Shown one piece after another: positions 62,813 through 64,000 of a stretch of DNA of 64,000 nt (within the stretch, counting starts at the first letter, position 1; the number at the start of each line of letters is the position of its first letter). The stretch spans positions 8,122,001 through 8,186,000 of the forward strand of contig NC_043024.1 in NCBI RefSeq assembly GCF_006345805.1, read 5' to 3'. The position numbers and the translations under genes were made by a program. The DNA comes from Octopus sinensis. Taxonomy: Eukaryota. The notes under the pieces are model-generated. The model saw only the letters and a program-made list of their open reading frames with translations, was not told the origin of the DNA and did not search any database.

Positions 62813-63060
62813 CATATATAAATAATCATATGTATGCAAAGTATGCATGCATCCCTATATGATTGCACATCAAGAGTTTATATGAACCTAGACTTTGTGA
62901 ACATGTAGCAGTTATACTCCCCATGCACTTAGCCATGTTGATTCCATCAATCTAAAATCTGAAAATAATTGTTTTTATTGTTTGTCTTTTCCTTGTAAAA
63001 TGCACATTTTTTCTTTGCTTACGTGAAAATAAAAAAAAAGGTATTTTAATTAATCAACAG

Positions 63061-63255
63061 GTGAGGATTATTCCATGATAATTACCTGGAGTACCTTCAT
63101 GCGTGGTCTCAACACCATTGTACAATATGGCACCAGTTCTCTTGATCACGTCGCGTATGGCAAAGCCCAACGCTTCATCAATCCAGACCTGTATTTCCAC
63201 ACTCAATATATCCATGTCGCCACGGTCCCCAATCTTCAACCAGGCGTGAAATACA
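63061..63255 (+). CDS. ACP7: ACP7/PAPL-like purple acid phosphatase exon 2 (N-terminal FN3-like domain)
   Basis: aacag|GT GAG GAT ...(G)EDYSMIITWSTFMRGLNTIVQYGTSSLDHVAYGKAQRFINPDLYFHTQYIHVATVPNLQPGVKY-A|gtaagt. 195 nt, phase 1 at both ends; matches ACP7 SMTVTWTT..VQFG..YIHRVTL..L.PGVQY. Catalytic exons lie beyond the window. Confidence 0.9.
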
Positions 63256-63351
63256 GTAAGTTCAAACAGAATTCTTTAGATTTTTTTTTTGGCTCTTATA
63301 TTACATCAATGTGTCTCTCCATTTGTCCATCATTCAGTCCATCTATCTATT

Positions 63352-64000
63352 GGTGGAGGCGCAATGGCCCAGTGGTTAGGGCAGCGGATTCGTGGTCATA
63401 GGATCGCGGTTTTGATTCCCAGACCGGGCGTTGTGAGTGTTTATTGAGTGAAAACACCTAAAAGCTCCACGAGGCTCCGGCAGGGGATGGTGGTGATCCC
63501 TGCTGTACTCTTTCACCACAACTTTCTCTCGCTCTTATTTCCTGTTTCTGTTGTACCTGTATTTCAAAGGGCCGGCCTTGTCACTCTCTGTGTCACGCTG
63601 AATATCCCCGAGAACTACGTTAAGAGTACACGTGTCTGTGGAGTGCTCAGCCACTTACACGTTAATTTCACAAGCAGGCTGTTCTGTTGATTCGGATCAA
63701 CCGGAACCCTCATCATCGTAACCGATGGAGTGCTCCTGCAGGGGATGGTGGTGATCCCTGCTGTACTCTTTCACCACAACTTTCTCTCACTCTTACTTCC
63801 TGTTTCTGTTGTACCTGTATTTTCAAAGGGCCGGCCTTGTCACTCTCTGTGTCACGCTGAATATCCCCGAGAACTACGTTAAGGGTACACGTGTCTGTGG
63901 AGTGCTCAGCAACTTACACGTTAATTTCACAAGCAGGCTGTTCCGTTGATTCGGATCAACCGGAACCCTCATCATCGTAACCGATGGAGTGCTCCTGCAG
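63352..64000 (+). mobile_element. SINE-C with tandemly repeated ~258-bp body running off the window edge
   Basis: Head at ~63352; 'caggggatggtggtgatccctgc' at 63481 and 63739, with a third copy starting at ~63998. Confidence 0.85.

Overview
Repeat-saturated eukaryotic DNA, most likely from an Octopus-like coleoid cephalopod. That assignment is inferred from the SINE families, the microsatellite density and a divergent 28S fragment; no database was searched. The only supportable host protein gene is the 5' part of an ACP7/PAPL-like purple acid phosphatase on the + strand. It has an unusual layout: three complete leader exons (40492-40630, 44943-45099, 48192-48348) and a fourth partial copy (48455/48526-48569) all end in QPEQIH[I][S/A]YG at the same phase-1 donor. 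All lie upstream of a single in-frame exon 2 (63061-63255) encoding the FN3-like N-terminal domain. One leader uses a GT donor; the other three use GC donors. The catalytic exons lie beyond the right edge. Other contents: a near-canonical tRNA-Phe(GAA) on the - strand, a ~385-nt dispersed 28S rRNA fragment, minimal Penelope-type hammerhead ribozyme motifs, and relics of CR1, RTE, R4/Dong, Helitron, piggyBac and possibly Gypsy elements. There are also several MITE/foldback structures, four dispersed SINE families (working labels A-D) and SINE-derived satellites, including a 3.5-kb 26-bp array with a 7-unit higher-order repeat. Nearly all long ORFs in the track are microsatellite or satellite read-through. 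Repeat boundaries are by eye (about +/-10-20 nt); exon, tRNA and palindrome coordinates were counted base by base.
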